The notes under the pieces: generated by a model
The model's input: the letters and a program-made list of their open reading frames with translations, nothing else
Databases searched by the model: none
What the model was told of the DNA's origin: nothing
Position numbers and translations under genes: made by a program
Assembly: GCF_000015585.1 (NCBI RefSeq)
Contig: NC_008789.1
Span: 90,001-122,000 of the forward strand
Reading direction: 5' to 3'
Origin: Halorhodospira halophila SL1
Lineage (GTDB): Bacteria > Pseudomonadota > Gammaproteobacteria > Nitrococcales > Halorhodospiraceae
DNA: 32,000 bases
Shown here: positions 17,730-26,585 of the stretch, one piece after another
How positions within the stretch are numbered: the stretch's first letter is position 1
Layout: every line of letters begins with the position of its first letter

Positions 17730-19406
17730 TCAGTCGCCCTGGGCCTTGTACTTCTCCCTGAGGAGATTGCGGATGGACATGGCCGTCAGGTTGAGCACGA
17801 TAATGACCAGCACCAGGATCAGCGCTGTGGCGTAGACCAGCGGCCGCCCGGCCTCGACGTTGGGGCTCTGGAAGCCGACGTCGAAGATGTGGAAGCCCAG
17901 GTGCATGAAACTGCGTTCCAGATGGACGTAGGGGAAGCTGCCGTCCACCGGCAGCTGCGGGGCCAGCTTGACCACCCCGACGAGCATCAGCGGCGCCACC
18001 TCGCCGGCCGCCCGGGCCACCGCGAGGATCAAACCGGTGATCATCGCCGGCGTGGCCAGCGGCACCACCACCCGCCAGAGCATCTCGGCCTTGGTCGCGC
18101 CCAGGGCCAGGGCCCCCTGGCGGATGGAGCCCGGGATGCGCGAGAGGCCCTCTTCCGTGGAGACGATCACCACCGGCAGGGTCAGTAGCGCCAGGGTCAG
18201 CGACGCCCAGAGCACACCGCCCTTGCCGAAGGTCGGCGCCGGCAGGCGTTCACTGAAGAAGAACTGATCCACCCCGCCGCCGACGAAGTAGACGAAGAAA
18301 CCCAGCCCGAAGACGCCGAAGACGATGGACGGCACGCCGGCGAGGTTGTTCACGGAGATCCGGATCATGCGCGTCAGAGGCCCCTGGCGGGCGTACTCGC
18401 GCAGATAGATCGCCGCCAGCACCCCGAACGGGGTCACGAAGACGGCCATGACCATGGTCATGAGCACGGTTCCGAAGATCGCGGGCAGGATCCCGCCCTC
18501 GGTGTTCGCCTCCCGTGGATAGCCCGACACGAAGTCCCAGAAGTCGCCGACGTAGAAGCGGGCCTTGTCCCAGACGTTCATGACGTTGGGGCGCCAGGGC
18601 TTGACCACGTCGCCCATGGCGATCACCACCTCCTCGCCGGCGGCCGTCTCCATGCCCACGGCGTAGCGCCCGACCTCCTCCAGCAACTCGTCGCGGCGCT
18701 CCTCCAGCTCCGCGTACTCCGCTTCCCAGCGATCGCGCTCTGCCTCCAGGGCCTCGACCTGCTCGGTGCGTTCTTCCTCGCTCAGGCTCGGGTCCGCCTC
18801 AATCTGGCGCAACGAAAGCCGGATCTCCTCGATCTCGGCGTTGACCGCACCGATCTCCACCCGTTCGATGCGCTGGATCTCATCCAGCCGTGATTGGTTC
18901 TCGCGGTAGAGCTCCAGGAACCGATCCCAGGTCGCATCCCCTTGGTCGCTGACCTCCTCGACCCTCTCCCCGTCAATCCGCACATCACGCAGGTAGCCGA
19001 TGAAGTCGCCCCACTGGCGGCGTTCGATGACCACCGCATCTTCGGGGTAGGCCCACTCGGACATGTTGACGTCGGCGTACCAGACGAAATCCCGGCTATC
19101 GACGTCCCGGTTGCCGCGTTTGATGCGATAGCGCGTAATGAGGGCATCGTCGTCCTCGACCTGGAAGCCGCGCTCCCGGGCGGCGGCTGTGGTCAGCGTC
19201 TCCGCCGCGTCCACCTCGCCCATGACGGCCACCGGTTCGCGGCCGGGCTCGTCGTACTCGAAGGCAATCACGTCGCTCGGCCAGAAGTGCTGGAGGCCGT
19301 TGTAGGCGATGTGGCCGATCAACCCGAAGACCATGACCAGGGAGACGGCCACGGCGCCGGCGTTGAGCCAGATCCAGGGCGTGCCTTGTCGAAACCAGTC
19401 GCGCAT
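17730..19406 (-). CDS. pstA: Phosphate ABC transporter permease PstA (long form with about a 260-aa extracytoplasmic insertion)
   Basis: The C-terminal ~250 aa form the PstA permease core (EAA-like region GALALGATKAEMLWRVVVP). TM1 is followed by a large acidic insertion. Confidence 0.9.
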   Translation of the reverse strand: MRDWFRQGTPWIWLNAGAVAVSLVMVFGLIGHIAYNGLQHFWPSDVIAFEYDEPGREPVAVMGEVDAAETLTTAAARERGFQVEDDDALITRYRIKRGNRDVDSRDFVWYADVNMSEWAYPEDAVVIERRQWGDFIGYLRDVRIDGERVEEVSDQGDATWDRFLELYRENQSRLDEIQRIERVEIGAVNAEIEEIRLSLRQIEADPSLSEEERTEQVEALEAERDRWEAEYAELEERRDELLEEVGRYAVGMETAAGEEVVIAMGDVVKPWRPNVMNVWDKARFYVGDFWDFVSGYPREANTEGGILPAIFGTVLMTMVMAVFVTPFGVLAAIYLREYARQGPLTRMIRISVNNLAGVPSIVFGVFGLGFFVYFVGGGVDQFFFSERLPAPTFGKGGVLWASLTLALLTLPVVIVSTEEGLSRIPGSIRQGALALGATKAEMLWRVVVPLATPAMITGLILAVARAAGEVAPLMLVGVVKLAPQLPVDGSFPYVHLERSFMHLGFHIFDVGFQSPNVEAGRPLVYATALILVLVIIVLNLTAMSIRNLLREKYKAQGD

Positions 19407-19425
19407 AGCTGGGGAAGCCTCCGGT

Positions 19426-21753
19426 TTACAGTGCGCTGTACTTCTTGCGCAGGCGGTGGCGGACGATCTCGGCCACGGTGTTCACCAAAAAGGTGAGGAC
19501 GAAGAGCACCAGTGCGGCGAGGAAGAGGATCCGGTAGTGGCTGCTCCCCTGCGCCGTCTCCTTCATCTCCACGGCGATGTTCGCCGAGAGTGTGCGCATG
19601 CCTTCGAACAGGTTGAAATTGGTGACCGGCGAGTTCCCGGTGGCCATGACCACGATCATGGTCTCGCCCACGGCACGACCGAACCCGATCATGACCGCCG
19701 AGAAGATGCCCGGGCTGGCGGTGAGCAGGACCACCGTGGCCACCGCCTGCCAGGGCGTAGCGCCCAGGGCCAGCGCCCCCTGGGAGAGGTGTCGCGGCAC
19801 GTTGAAGACCGCATCCTCGGAGATCGAGAAGATGGTCGGGATCACCGCGAACCCCATGGCGATGCCTACCACCAGGGCATTGCGCTGGTCGTAGTCGATG
19901 CCCTGGTCGGTGAGCCACTGGCGCATGTCGCCACCGAAGAAGGCCAGCTCCATGTAGGGGCTGAGGGCAACACCCAGCCAGGCGACTCCGATCACCACGG
20001 GGATGAGCAGTGCGGCCTCCCAGCCCGGGGGCACCCGGCTGCGGATCCCCTCGGGGAAGACGCGGGTCCACAACCAGCCCGCCAGGACCATGGCAAAGGG
20101 CAAGGCGATCAGGATGGAGAAGACCGCCGGCAGATTGCGCTCGAAGAACGGGGCCGCCCAGAGGCCGGCGAGGAAGCCGAGGATCACCGTCGGCAGGGCC
20201 TCCATGATCTCGATGGCGGGCTTGGTCGTCTGCCGCATCCGCGCCGACATGAAGTACGCCGAGTAGATCGCGCCCAGGATGGCGATCGGCGTGGCGAAGA
20301 GCATGGCGTAGAACGCCGCCTTCAACGTGCCGACGGTCAGCGGGACCAGCGAGAACTTGGGCTCGAACTCGTCGGTGGCCGAGGACGACTGCCAGACGTA
20401 GGCCGGGTCGTCCCGACCCTCGTACCAGACCTTCTGCCACAGGGCGGCGAATGAGACCTCCGGGTGCGGGTTGTCAACATCCAGGTAGTTGAACCGGCCA
20501 TCTTCGCCCACGGCGATCATCGCGTTCTGGCGCGGCGCCATGGCCAGGGCCGACACCGGACTCCCGCCTTCCAGCGCCAGCTGGGTCAGGGTCCGTGACG
20601 AAGTGGCGTAGTGCAGCTGCACGGTCCCGTCGACCGCCCCTGTCGCGAAGCCCTTGCGCGCGTGCTCGGGTGCGATGCTACTGACCGCGTCCGGATGGCC
20701 ATCAAAGGTACGGATCCGCGTCAGCCGCCGCTCACGCTCCTCGTCGCGGGTCACCATGTACTGCGACACCGACCCATCCGAACCGCCGGCGATCAACGAC
20801 GCGGCCCCGAGCAGGAACTGAAGCTGCGTGACCTCCGCGTCGTCCCCTTCGATGGCGCGCACCGTGCCAACCAGCCGGGGGCGGTTCAGATTCGAGACGT
20901 CGAAGTAGTGGAGACGCCCCTGCGCATCGCCGACGAAGAGGTTGCGCATGGTGGTGTCGAGGAGGATCTGGGTGACCTCGATTCCCGACTCCGGCCAGGG
21001 CAGGTCGTAGACCTCGCGCTCGACGGTTGCCTCGCCGGTGAGGAAGTCGGTTTCTTCCTCAAAGAGGACCATTCGCAGGGCCTCATGCTCGTTGCTCGCC
21101 CCCACCACGGCAGACCCCTGGCGTCCACGCTGGACACCGATGGCGTCGAGCGGATAACCGTCCTCGGCGAAGATCTCCAGCGGCTCGCCGTCACCCTCCG
21201 GGTAGGTGATCGACGGAGTCACCAGGCGCTCCCCGTCCGGGTAACTGACGTCGTAGTCGTGACGGGCGAAGATCGCCGTCCCGTCATCGAGGCCGTACCC
21301 CACCAATCGGTGGCGGGCCTCGGCGGTATCGAAGCTGCGAATCTGCGCGCCGGAGGGCTTGTTGAGCTGACCCTGCTCGATCAGTTCGCCGCTGCGGGGG
21401 TTGAAGAAGGCGTAACGGGCCCCGTCCGTGAAGCGCACGCCGACCTCGCGATAGCGCTCCATGGCGGTGTGTAGCGTGGCGCCAAAGTCTTCCCCGCCGG
21501 GGGCCGGATAGACCGCCGCAGGGCGGATCTCCGGCTCGCCGAAGATGGGCATAGTTTCCGAAAACAGGTAGACGAACATCAGCGCCAGTGCGCCGATCAC
21601 CCCCACGCCGAAGGTGGCCACGCTTCCGCGGCTGATCCAGTCCTTGGTGCCCCGCCAGCGGCGCAGACGGCGCCGGCGCGCTGCGTCGGGCAGGCCACGG
21701 GCCGGACGTTCGCCCCTGCCCGTTTCGGTGACCTGAGTCGTCGGATCGCTCAT
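19426..21753 (-). CDS. pstC: Phosphate ABC transporter permease PstC (long form with about a 400-aa N-terminal extracytoplasmic domain)
   Basis: The C-terminal ~300 aa form the PstC core (SQGALALGATPWQAVATVVL). The start is ATG at 21753, or GTG at 21768 as in the track. Confidence 0.9.
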   Translation of the reverse strand: MSDPTTQVTETGRGERPARGLPDAARRRRLRRWRGTKDWISRGSVATFGVGVIGALALMFVYLFSETMPIFGEPEIRPAAVYPAPGGEDFGATLHTAMERYREVGVRFTDGARYAFFNPRSGELIEQGQLNKPSGAQIRSFDTAEARHRLVGYGLDDGTAIFARHDYDVSYPDGERLVTPSITYPEGDGEPLEIFAEDGYPLDAIGVQRGRQGSAVVGASNEHEALRMVLFEEETDFLTGEATVEREVYDLPWPESGIEVTQILLDTTMRNLFVGDAQGRLHYFDVSNLNRPRLVGTVRAIEGDDAEVTQLQFLLGAASLIAGGSDGSVSQYMVTRDEERERRLTRIRTFDGHPDAVSSIAPEHARKGFATGAVDGTVQLHYATSSRTLTQLALEGGSPVSALAMAPRQNAMIAVGEDGRFNYLDVDNPHPEVSFAALWQKVWYEGRDDPAYVWQSSSATDEFEPKFSLVPLTVGTLKAAFYAMLFATPIAILGAIYSAYFMSARMRQTTKPAIEIMEALPTVILGFLAGLWAAPFFERNLPAVFSILIALPFAMVLAGWLWTRVFPEGIRSRVPPGWEAALLIPVVIGVAWLGVALSPYMELAFFGGDMRQWLTDQGIDYDQRNALVVGIAMGFAVIPTIFSISEDAVFNVPRHLSQGALALGATPWQAVATVVLLTASPGIFSAVMIGFGRAVGETMIVVMATGNSPVTNFNLFEGMRTLSANIAVEMKETAQGSSHYRILFLAALVLFVLTFLVNTVAEIVRHRLRKKYSAL

Positions 21754-21854
21754 GATCGTTGATCGCACCCTGCGAGAAGTGAACGCTGCCGCAGCCTACG
21801 GGGGGGTCATGACGGTTTCGTGACGAAACGATGAACCGCCGCTGAACCCACCGG

Positions 21855-21886
21855 AACGAAAGCGGGCCGGCTCAGGGCCGGCCCGC
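21855..21886 (-). terminator. Intra-operon terminator/attenuator-like hairpin between pstS and pstC
   Basis: A perfect 10-bp GC stem, GCGGGCCGGC / GCCGGCCCGC (21862-21886), has a 5-nt loop. It is followed on the minus strand by TTTCGTT. Confidence 0.55.
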
Positions 21887-21908
21887 AAACAGGCTTCGTG
21901 GATAAGGA

Positions 21909-21931
21909 TTCGGAGCGCGCAACGCTCCGAA
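21909..21931 (-). terminator. Second hairpin just downstream of the pstS stop
   Basis: A perfect 9-bp stem, TTCGGAGCG / CGCTCCGAA, has a 5-nt loop. There is no U-tract. Confidence 0.4.
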
Positions 21932-21947
21932 GAAGTCACACCAACCG

Positions 21948-22913
21948 CTACAGGCCGAGGCGCTCTTTCTCACGCTCAGCGGCCTCGGCCGGCATGGGGA
22001 TGAAACCGTCGCGACGGACGACTTCCTGCCCCTCCTTGGAGAGCACAAGACGCAGGAACTCCCGCTCGATGGGCGGCAGCTCCCCGTTCGGGTCCTTGTT
22101 CACGTAGACGTAGAGGAACCGTGACAGCGGGTAGTCGCCACTGACGGCGTTCTCGGCATTGGGCTCGTAGAGGTTGTCCTCGTCGTCTCCCAGCGCGATG
22201 GCTTTGACGCCGGAGGTCTTGTAGCCGATGCCCGAGTACCCGATGCCGTTGAGTGACTCTGAGACCCCCTGCACCACCGAGGCCGAACCCGGCTGCTCGT
22301 TGATCGCGTCCTTGAAGTCGCCGTCACACAGGGCGTTCTCGCGGAAAAAGCCGTAGGTCCCCGAGACGGCGTTGCGGCTATAGAGGATGATGTCGCGATT
22401 CGACCAGGCGCCGTCCAGACCCACATCGCCCCAGCGGGTGATGTCGTCACCACCGCAGCGCTGAGTCTCGGAGAACATCCCGTCGACCTGCTCCATGGTC
22501 AGCCCATCGATGGGATTGTCGCGGTTGACGAAGACCGCGATGGTATCGATGGCCACGCGCACCTTGGTCGGCTCATAACCGTGGGCGTCCTCGAAATCCT
22601 CGATCTCCGAGGAGCGCATATCCCGGCTCATGGGGCCGAAATTCGCCGTGCCTTCCGCGAGCGCGACCGGCGCAGTCCCGGAGCCTGCACCCTCGATCTC
22701 GACCGAGACATTGGGGTAGAAGTCCTGGAACTCCTCGGCCCAGAGGGTCATCAAGTTGTTCAGGGTGTCCGAACCCTGGCTGCCCAGGTTGCCGGAGATC
22801 CCCGAGACGCGCTCGTAGTCCGGCAGGTTCTCATCGACTTCGCCGGCGAACGCCGGGGCGGCCGAGAGCAGAGCCGCGCTGGTCAACCCTGCGATCCAAC
22901 CTCTCTTCCACAT
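21948..22913 (-). CDS. pstS: Phosphate ABC transporter substrate-binding protein (PstS family, PBP-like-2 type)
   Basis: The protein has a signal peptide ending AFA|GE, then GSDTLNNLMTLWAEEF...GAGSGTAP...SR...SGTY motifs typical of Pseudomonas-type PstS. The SD is GGAGCAGAG. Confidence 0.9.
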   Translation of the reverse strand: MWKRGWIAGLTSAALLSAAPAFAGEVDENLPDYERVSGISGNLGSQGSDTLNNLMTLWAEEFQDFYPNVSVEIEGAGSGTAPVALAEGTANFGPMSRDMRSSEIEDFEDAHGYEPTKVRVAIDTIAVFVNRDNPIDGLTMEQVDGMFSETQRCGGDDITRWGDVGLDGAWSNRDIILYSRNAVSGTYGFFRENALCDGDFKDAINEQPGSASVVQGVSESLNGIGYSGIGYKTSGVKAIALGDDEDNLYEPNAENAVSGDYPLSRFLYVYVNKDPNGELPPIEREFLRLVLSKEGQEVVRRDGFIPMPAEAAEREKERLGL

Positions 22914-22980
22914 AATCTCTGCTCCAATGGCTTGTGCGGGAAGCCTGATTCCAGGCAGAGACGAGTGTGCGCGGGCTCCC

Positions 22981-24321
22981 TTACCGGCCGGTGAAGGCGA
23001 GGTGACGATTGGATGAACCGCCCCGGTGTTCCAGGATGCGCGCCGGGAAGACCAGCGTGAAGGTCGATCCCTGATCGGGCTCGCTGTCGACGTTCAGCCA
23101 GCCACCGTGGCGGTGCATCACGTGCTTGACGATGGCCAGCCCCAGACCGGTGCCGCCGGTGGCGTTGGACCGGCCCTTGTCGACGCGGTAGAAGCGCTCG
23201 GTGATCCGCGGGATGTGCTCGCGGGGGATGCCGATCCCGCTGTCCGCCACCCCGCAACGGGCCGAGTGGGCATCGGCGCGCCACCGCACGCGGATGGTGC
23301 CGCCGGCCGGCGTGTAGCGCACGGCGTTGGAGACCAGATTCGACACCGCGCTGCGCAACTCCCCGTAGGAGCCCCGGACGAACACACCCGGCTCGGCGTC
23401 GAGTTCGATCCGGTGTTGGTGCTCCCCGGATAGAGTCTGCGCCTCGGCGCAGACCTCCTCGAGCAGCACCTTCATATCCACCGGATCCTCTTCCACCGCC
23501 AGCGATCCGGTCTCCAGGCGGGACAGGGTGAGCAGATCCTGCACCAGGCGCTGCATCCGCGCTGACTGATCCTGGAGCAAGCGGATCGACCCGGCCCAGG
23601 CGGGCTGCTCCGGGGCTAGCTCCTCGCCCATCTCCTCGGCAACGCCGTAGATCACGGTCAGCGGGGTCTTCAGTTCGTGGGAGACATTGGCGACGAAATC
23701 CCGCCGGATCGTCTCCAGCCGCTGTGTGCGGCTGATGTCCCGGGCAATGAGCAACCGCTGATTGCGCCCGTAGGGGACCAGCCGCAACTCCAGGGTCCTG
23801 CGCGGACTGACCGGCGACGGCATGGTCAGCGGGGCTGTGTGCTCGGTGGCGGTATCCAGGAACTCCTTGAACTCCGGCTGCCGGAGCAGATTGCTGATCC
23901 GCTGCCCCTCATCCCCCGGCCAGGTCAGCCCCAACAGGTGGCGCGCGGCATTGTTCCACCAGAGGACCCGATCGTCGGCATAGAGCACCAGCGTGGCATC
24001 CGGCATCGCCTTGGCAGAGTCACGATACTCCCGGATCACCCGGCGCAGTCGGTGCCGGCGCTCACGCTGTCGGCGCTGTCGGCGATGCAGGGCGTGGAAC
24101 ACCTCCCCCCAGACCCCGCGGGAGATCGGCGGGTCGAGCTTGCGGCCGACGCGCAGCCACCGCTCGAGCCGCCAAAGCTGGTACTCGTTCCACAGGTAGC
24201 CCATCGCCAGCAGGGCCGCCAGGGACTCCACCCACCACCCGGTGGCCAGCCCCACGCCCGCCCAGAGCGTGGCCACACCGAGCAGCGTCAGCAGATACCC
24301 TGGCCAGGGATTGCGCGTCAT
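22981..24321 (-). CDS. phoR: Phosphate regulon sensor histidine kinase
   Basis: The protein has two N-terminal TM segments, a PAS-like region, the H-box [14 protein letters not shown], and N/G boxes ([26 protein letters not shown]). The gene lies immediately downstream of phoB. Confidence 0.92.
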   Translation of the reverse strand: MTRNPWPGYLLTLLGVATLWAGVGLATGWWVESLAALLAMGYLWNEYQLWRLERWLRVGRKLDPPISRGVWGEVFHALHRRQRRQRERRHRLRRVIREYRDSAKAMPDATLVLYADDRVLWWNNAARHLLGLTWPGDEGQRISNLLRQPEFKEFLDTATEHTAPLTMPSPVSPRRTLELRLVPYGRNQRLLIARDISRTQRLETIRRDFVANVSHELKTPLTVIYGVAEEMGEELAPEQPAWAGSIRLLQDQSARMQRLVQDLLTLSRLETGSLAVEEDPVDMKVLLEEVCAEAQTLSGEHQHRIELDAEPGVFVRGSYGELRSAVSNLVSNAVRYTPAGGTIRVRWRADAHSARCGVADSGIGIPREHIPRITERFYRVDKGRSNATGGTGLGLAIVKHVMHRHGGWLNVDSEPDQGSTFTLVFPARILEHRGGSSNRHLAFTGR

Positions 24322-24342
24322 CGGAGCCCCCTCAAAGGCCCG

Positions 24343-25032
24343 TTAAGTCTGCTCCGAGAAACGGTACCCGGCCCCCCGCACCGTCTGCACCAACCCATCG
24401 TGCCCGGTGGTGGCGAGGATCTTGCGCAGCCGCCGGATGTGCACGTCCACGGTGCGCTCCTCGACGTAGACATTAGTCCCCCAGACCTGATCCAGCAGCT
24501 GCGTGCGCGTAAAGACGCGATCGGGGTGGGCCATGAAGAAGCGCAGAAGGCGGTACTCCGTGGGACCGAGCTCCAGCGACTGACCGTGGCCGGTAACCCG
24601 GTGGCTGACCGGATCCAGGCGCAGACCGGCCGCCTCCAAGGGAGTATCGGCCGTCGACGGGGCCGTGCGCCGCAGGACCGCCTTGACCCGTGCAGCCAGC
24701 TCTCGGGGCGAAAACGGCTTCGTGACGTAGTCATCCACCCCGGAGTCGAAGCCGCGCACCTTGTCTTCCTCTTCACCGCGGGCGGTCAGCAGGATGATGG
24801 GGATCTGCCGGGTCTGGTCGTCCTCCTTGAGTTCCCGTGCCCACTCCACGCCGCTAACCTGGGGGAGCATCCAGTCGAGCAGGATCAGATCCGGCGGACG
24901 TTGGCGCAACTGCTCCGAGCCCTGCATGGCATCGACCGCCGGGATGACCTCGAACCCCTGCCGCTCCAGGGAGGTGATCAGCATCTCTCGCACCGCCGGG
25001 TCGTCCTCGACCACGAGAATCCGTACTGCCAT
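24343..25032 (-). CDS. phoB: Phosphate regulon response regulator (OmpR family)
   Basis: The protein has a receiver domain (RILVVEDD...LILLDWMLP) and a winged-helix output domain ([31 protein letters not shown]...[10 protein letters not shown]). Confidence 0.95.
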   Translation of the reverse strand: MAVRILVVEDDPAVREMLITSLERQGFEVIPAVDAMQGSEQLRQRPPDLILLDWMLPQVSGVEWARELKEDDQTRQIPIILLTARGEEEDKVRGFDSGVDDYVTKPFSPRELAARVKAVLRRTAPSTADTPLEAAGLRLDPVSHRVTGHGQSLELGPTEYRLLRFFMAHPDRVFTRTQLLDQVWGTNVYVEERTVDVHIRRLRKILATTGHDGLVQTVRGAGYRFSEQT

Positions 25033-25079
25033 CAGGCTCTGTCCTTTCGGTTGCTCGCATCGCGGTTCACACCCACGCC

Positions 25080-25113
25080 ATTAAAGGGCAAGCACATTGC
25101 GAGATCATGACAA
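25080..25113 (-). promoter_or_regulatory. Candidate PhoB-dependent phoB promoter (Pho box plus -10)
   Basis: The minus strand reads TTGTCAT-GATC-TCGCAAT (25096-25113), then 10 nt, then TTTAAT (25080-25085). This is the same box-to--10 spacing as E. coli Pho promoters. The second heptamer is a weak match. Confidence 0.4.
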
Positions 25114-25120
25114 TGTGAGC

Positions 25121-25161
25121 TTCACACAAACCCCACTCCACCGTCATCGCAGCGTAAGAAT
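25121..25161 (+). promoter_or_regulatory. Candidate Pho-regulated porin promoter
   Basis: Three 11-bp-phased elements, TTCAC (25121), CCCAC (25132) and GTCAT (25143), are followed by TAAGAAT (25155-25161). Each is only a loose match to CTGTCAT. Confidence 0.3.
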
Positions 25162-25232
25162 CGATCCCTAGCGTGTCCTCCGTGTCGGGGCTGCGCGCCC
25201 CGGCGACGCTCTGAAACCGAGGAGGACCCTTG

Positions 25233-26408
25233 ATGACGACGAGACGATGCGCGCAATACCTGCCCACCACGGCCCTGCTCGGCGCCGGCCTGGCCGTGGC
25301 CTTCCCCTTCGAGGCCCTGGCCGATCCGGACTTCGATATCCGTGGCCGGCTGATGATGGACTACCACATGGCCGATGAGGACGAGACCGAGTTCGTCGAC
25401 GGCTTCAACAACCGCCGCGCCCGGCTGGGCATGGACGGGAGCATCGACGAGTACTGGGACGGCCGGGTGGAGGTGAACGTGGCCGAGGGCAGCCTCAGCG
25501 CCGCCGACTTCCGCCTGCGCCGTAGCCTCGGCCCCGGGCGGCTGTGGCTGGGTCAGTTCAAGGTACCGCAGGGCCTCAACCAGCTGACCAGCTCCAATAA
25601 CTACACCTTCATGGAACGCTCCTCGGTCAGCAACATCATCCCCGACTCCCGGCGCATCGGCGCGGCCTACGAGCAGACCGGTGACGCGTTCGGCTTCAAG
25701 ACGATGTTCTTCGGGCGTTCCCTCGGCGATGATTAGGGAGATGACTTTACCGGCGATCAGCCCAAGGGCTATGCGGTACGCGGCGTCTACGCCCCGTTCC
25801 TGACCGCGTCCCGGCACAACGAGGCCCCGCGGCTGCACCTGGGCGCCTCGCTGGTCTACGAGGACCAGGACGACCCCCTGGATATTGGCTTCAGCGACCG
25901 CCCGGAGCTGCGGGATGGCGACGGTGGCGGGACCCGTCTCCTCGACGTGGACGTCACCGGCGTCACGGACACCACCAAGCTCGGTCTGGAGTCGGCCTAC
26001 CTCAACGGGCCCTTCTCCGCGGAAGCGGAGTACCTCACCGTCTCGATGAACCGGGACAACGGCGACGAGCCGACCTTCAGCGGCTGGCACGTCCAGGGCA
26101 GCTACGTGCTCACCGGCGAGAGCCGCACCTACAGCACCGGCGGCTTCGGCGGCGTCACCCCGAGCGGCTCGGGCGGCGCCTGGGAGCTGGCGGCCCGCTA
26201 CAGCCACATGGACCTGAACGACTCCGGGTTCGCGGGCGGTGAGCAGAACAACCTCACCCTGGGCATCAACTACTACGCCAGCAGCAACCTGCGCTTCATG
26301 GGCAACATCGTCTTCGCCGACGTGAAGGACCGGGAAGACGGTAGCGGTGACGCGCTGCCCGACGAAAGTCCGACCCTGGTCGGCGCCCGCGCCCAGTACA
26401 ACTGGTAG
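25233..26408 (+). pseudogene. OprO/OprP-type phosphate-selective porin interrupted by one in-frame TAG (25734-25736)
   Basis: Track ORFs 25230-25736 and 25947-26408 are in the same frame. The 70 codons between them are open and porin-like (YAVRGVYAPF...LHLGASLVYE). The protein has a signal peptide ...FEALA|DP, the family motif GQFKVPQGL and a C-terminal aromatic ending ...AQYNW. SD GAGGAGG lies 7 nt before ATG 25233. Confidence 0.75.
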
Positions 26409-26585
26409 GCCCACCTCGACGGGAGGCCGAACCCATTTGGTCTCCCGGCCAGGTCCGGACCGGGAACCCCAGGCGAATCCTGCGTCGCGCGGACCGCACC
26501 CGTGAGACCGGTGGCCAAGCGGCATGGGCGCGCTTAGTATCGTGACCGGTACCGCCATCCAATCAGCCAGATTCGAGAACTGTCG

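Noticed and set aside
19309-20454. Two alternative-frame ORFs of about 375 aa (one on each strand) inside pstC.
   Set aside because: The pstC frame carries the permease motifs and TM helices, while the alternatives are low-complexity.
25734-25736. The TAG in the porin as programmed recoding (pyrrolysine or other).
   Set aside because: No pyl genes or recoding signals are visible, and pyrrolysine is not expected in this lineage. A nonsense mutation or sequencing error is the more economical explanation, but readthrough cannot be excluded from sequence alone.
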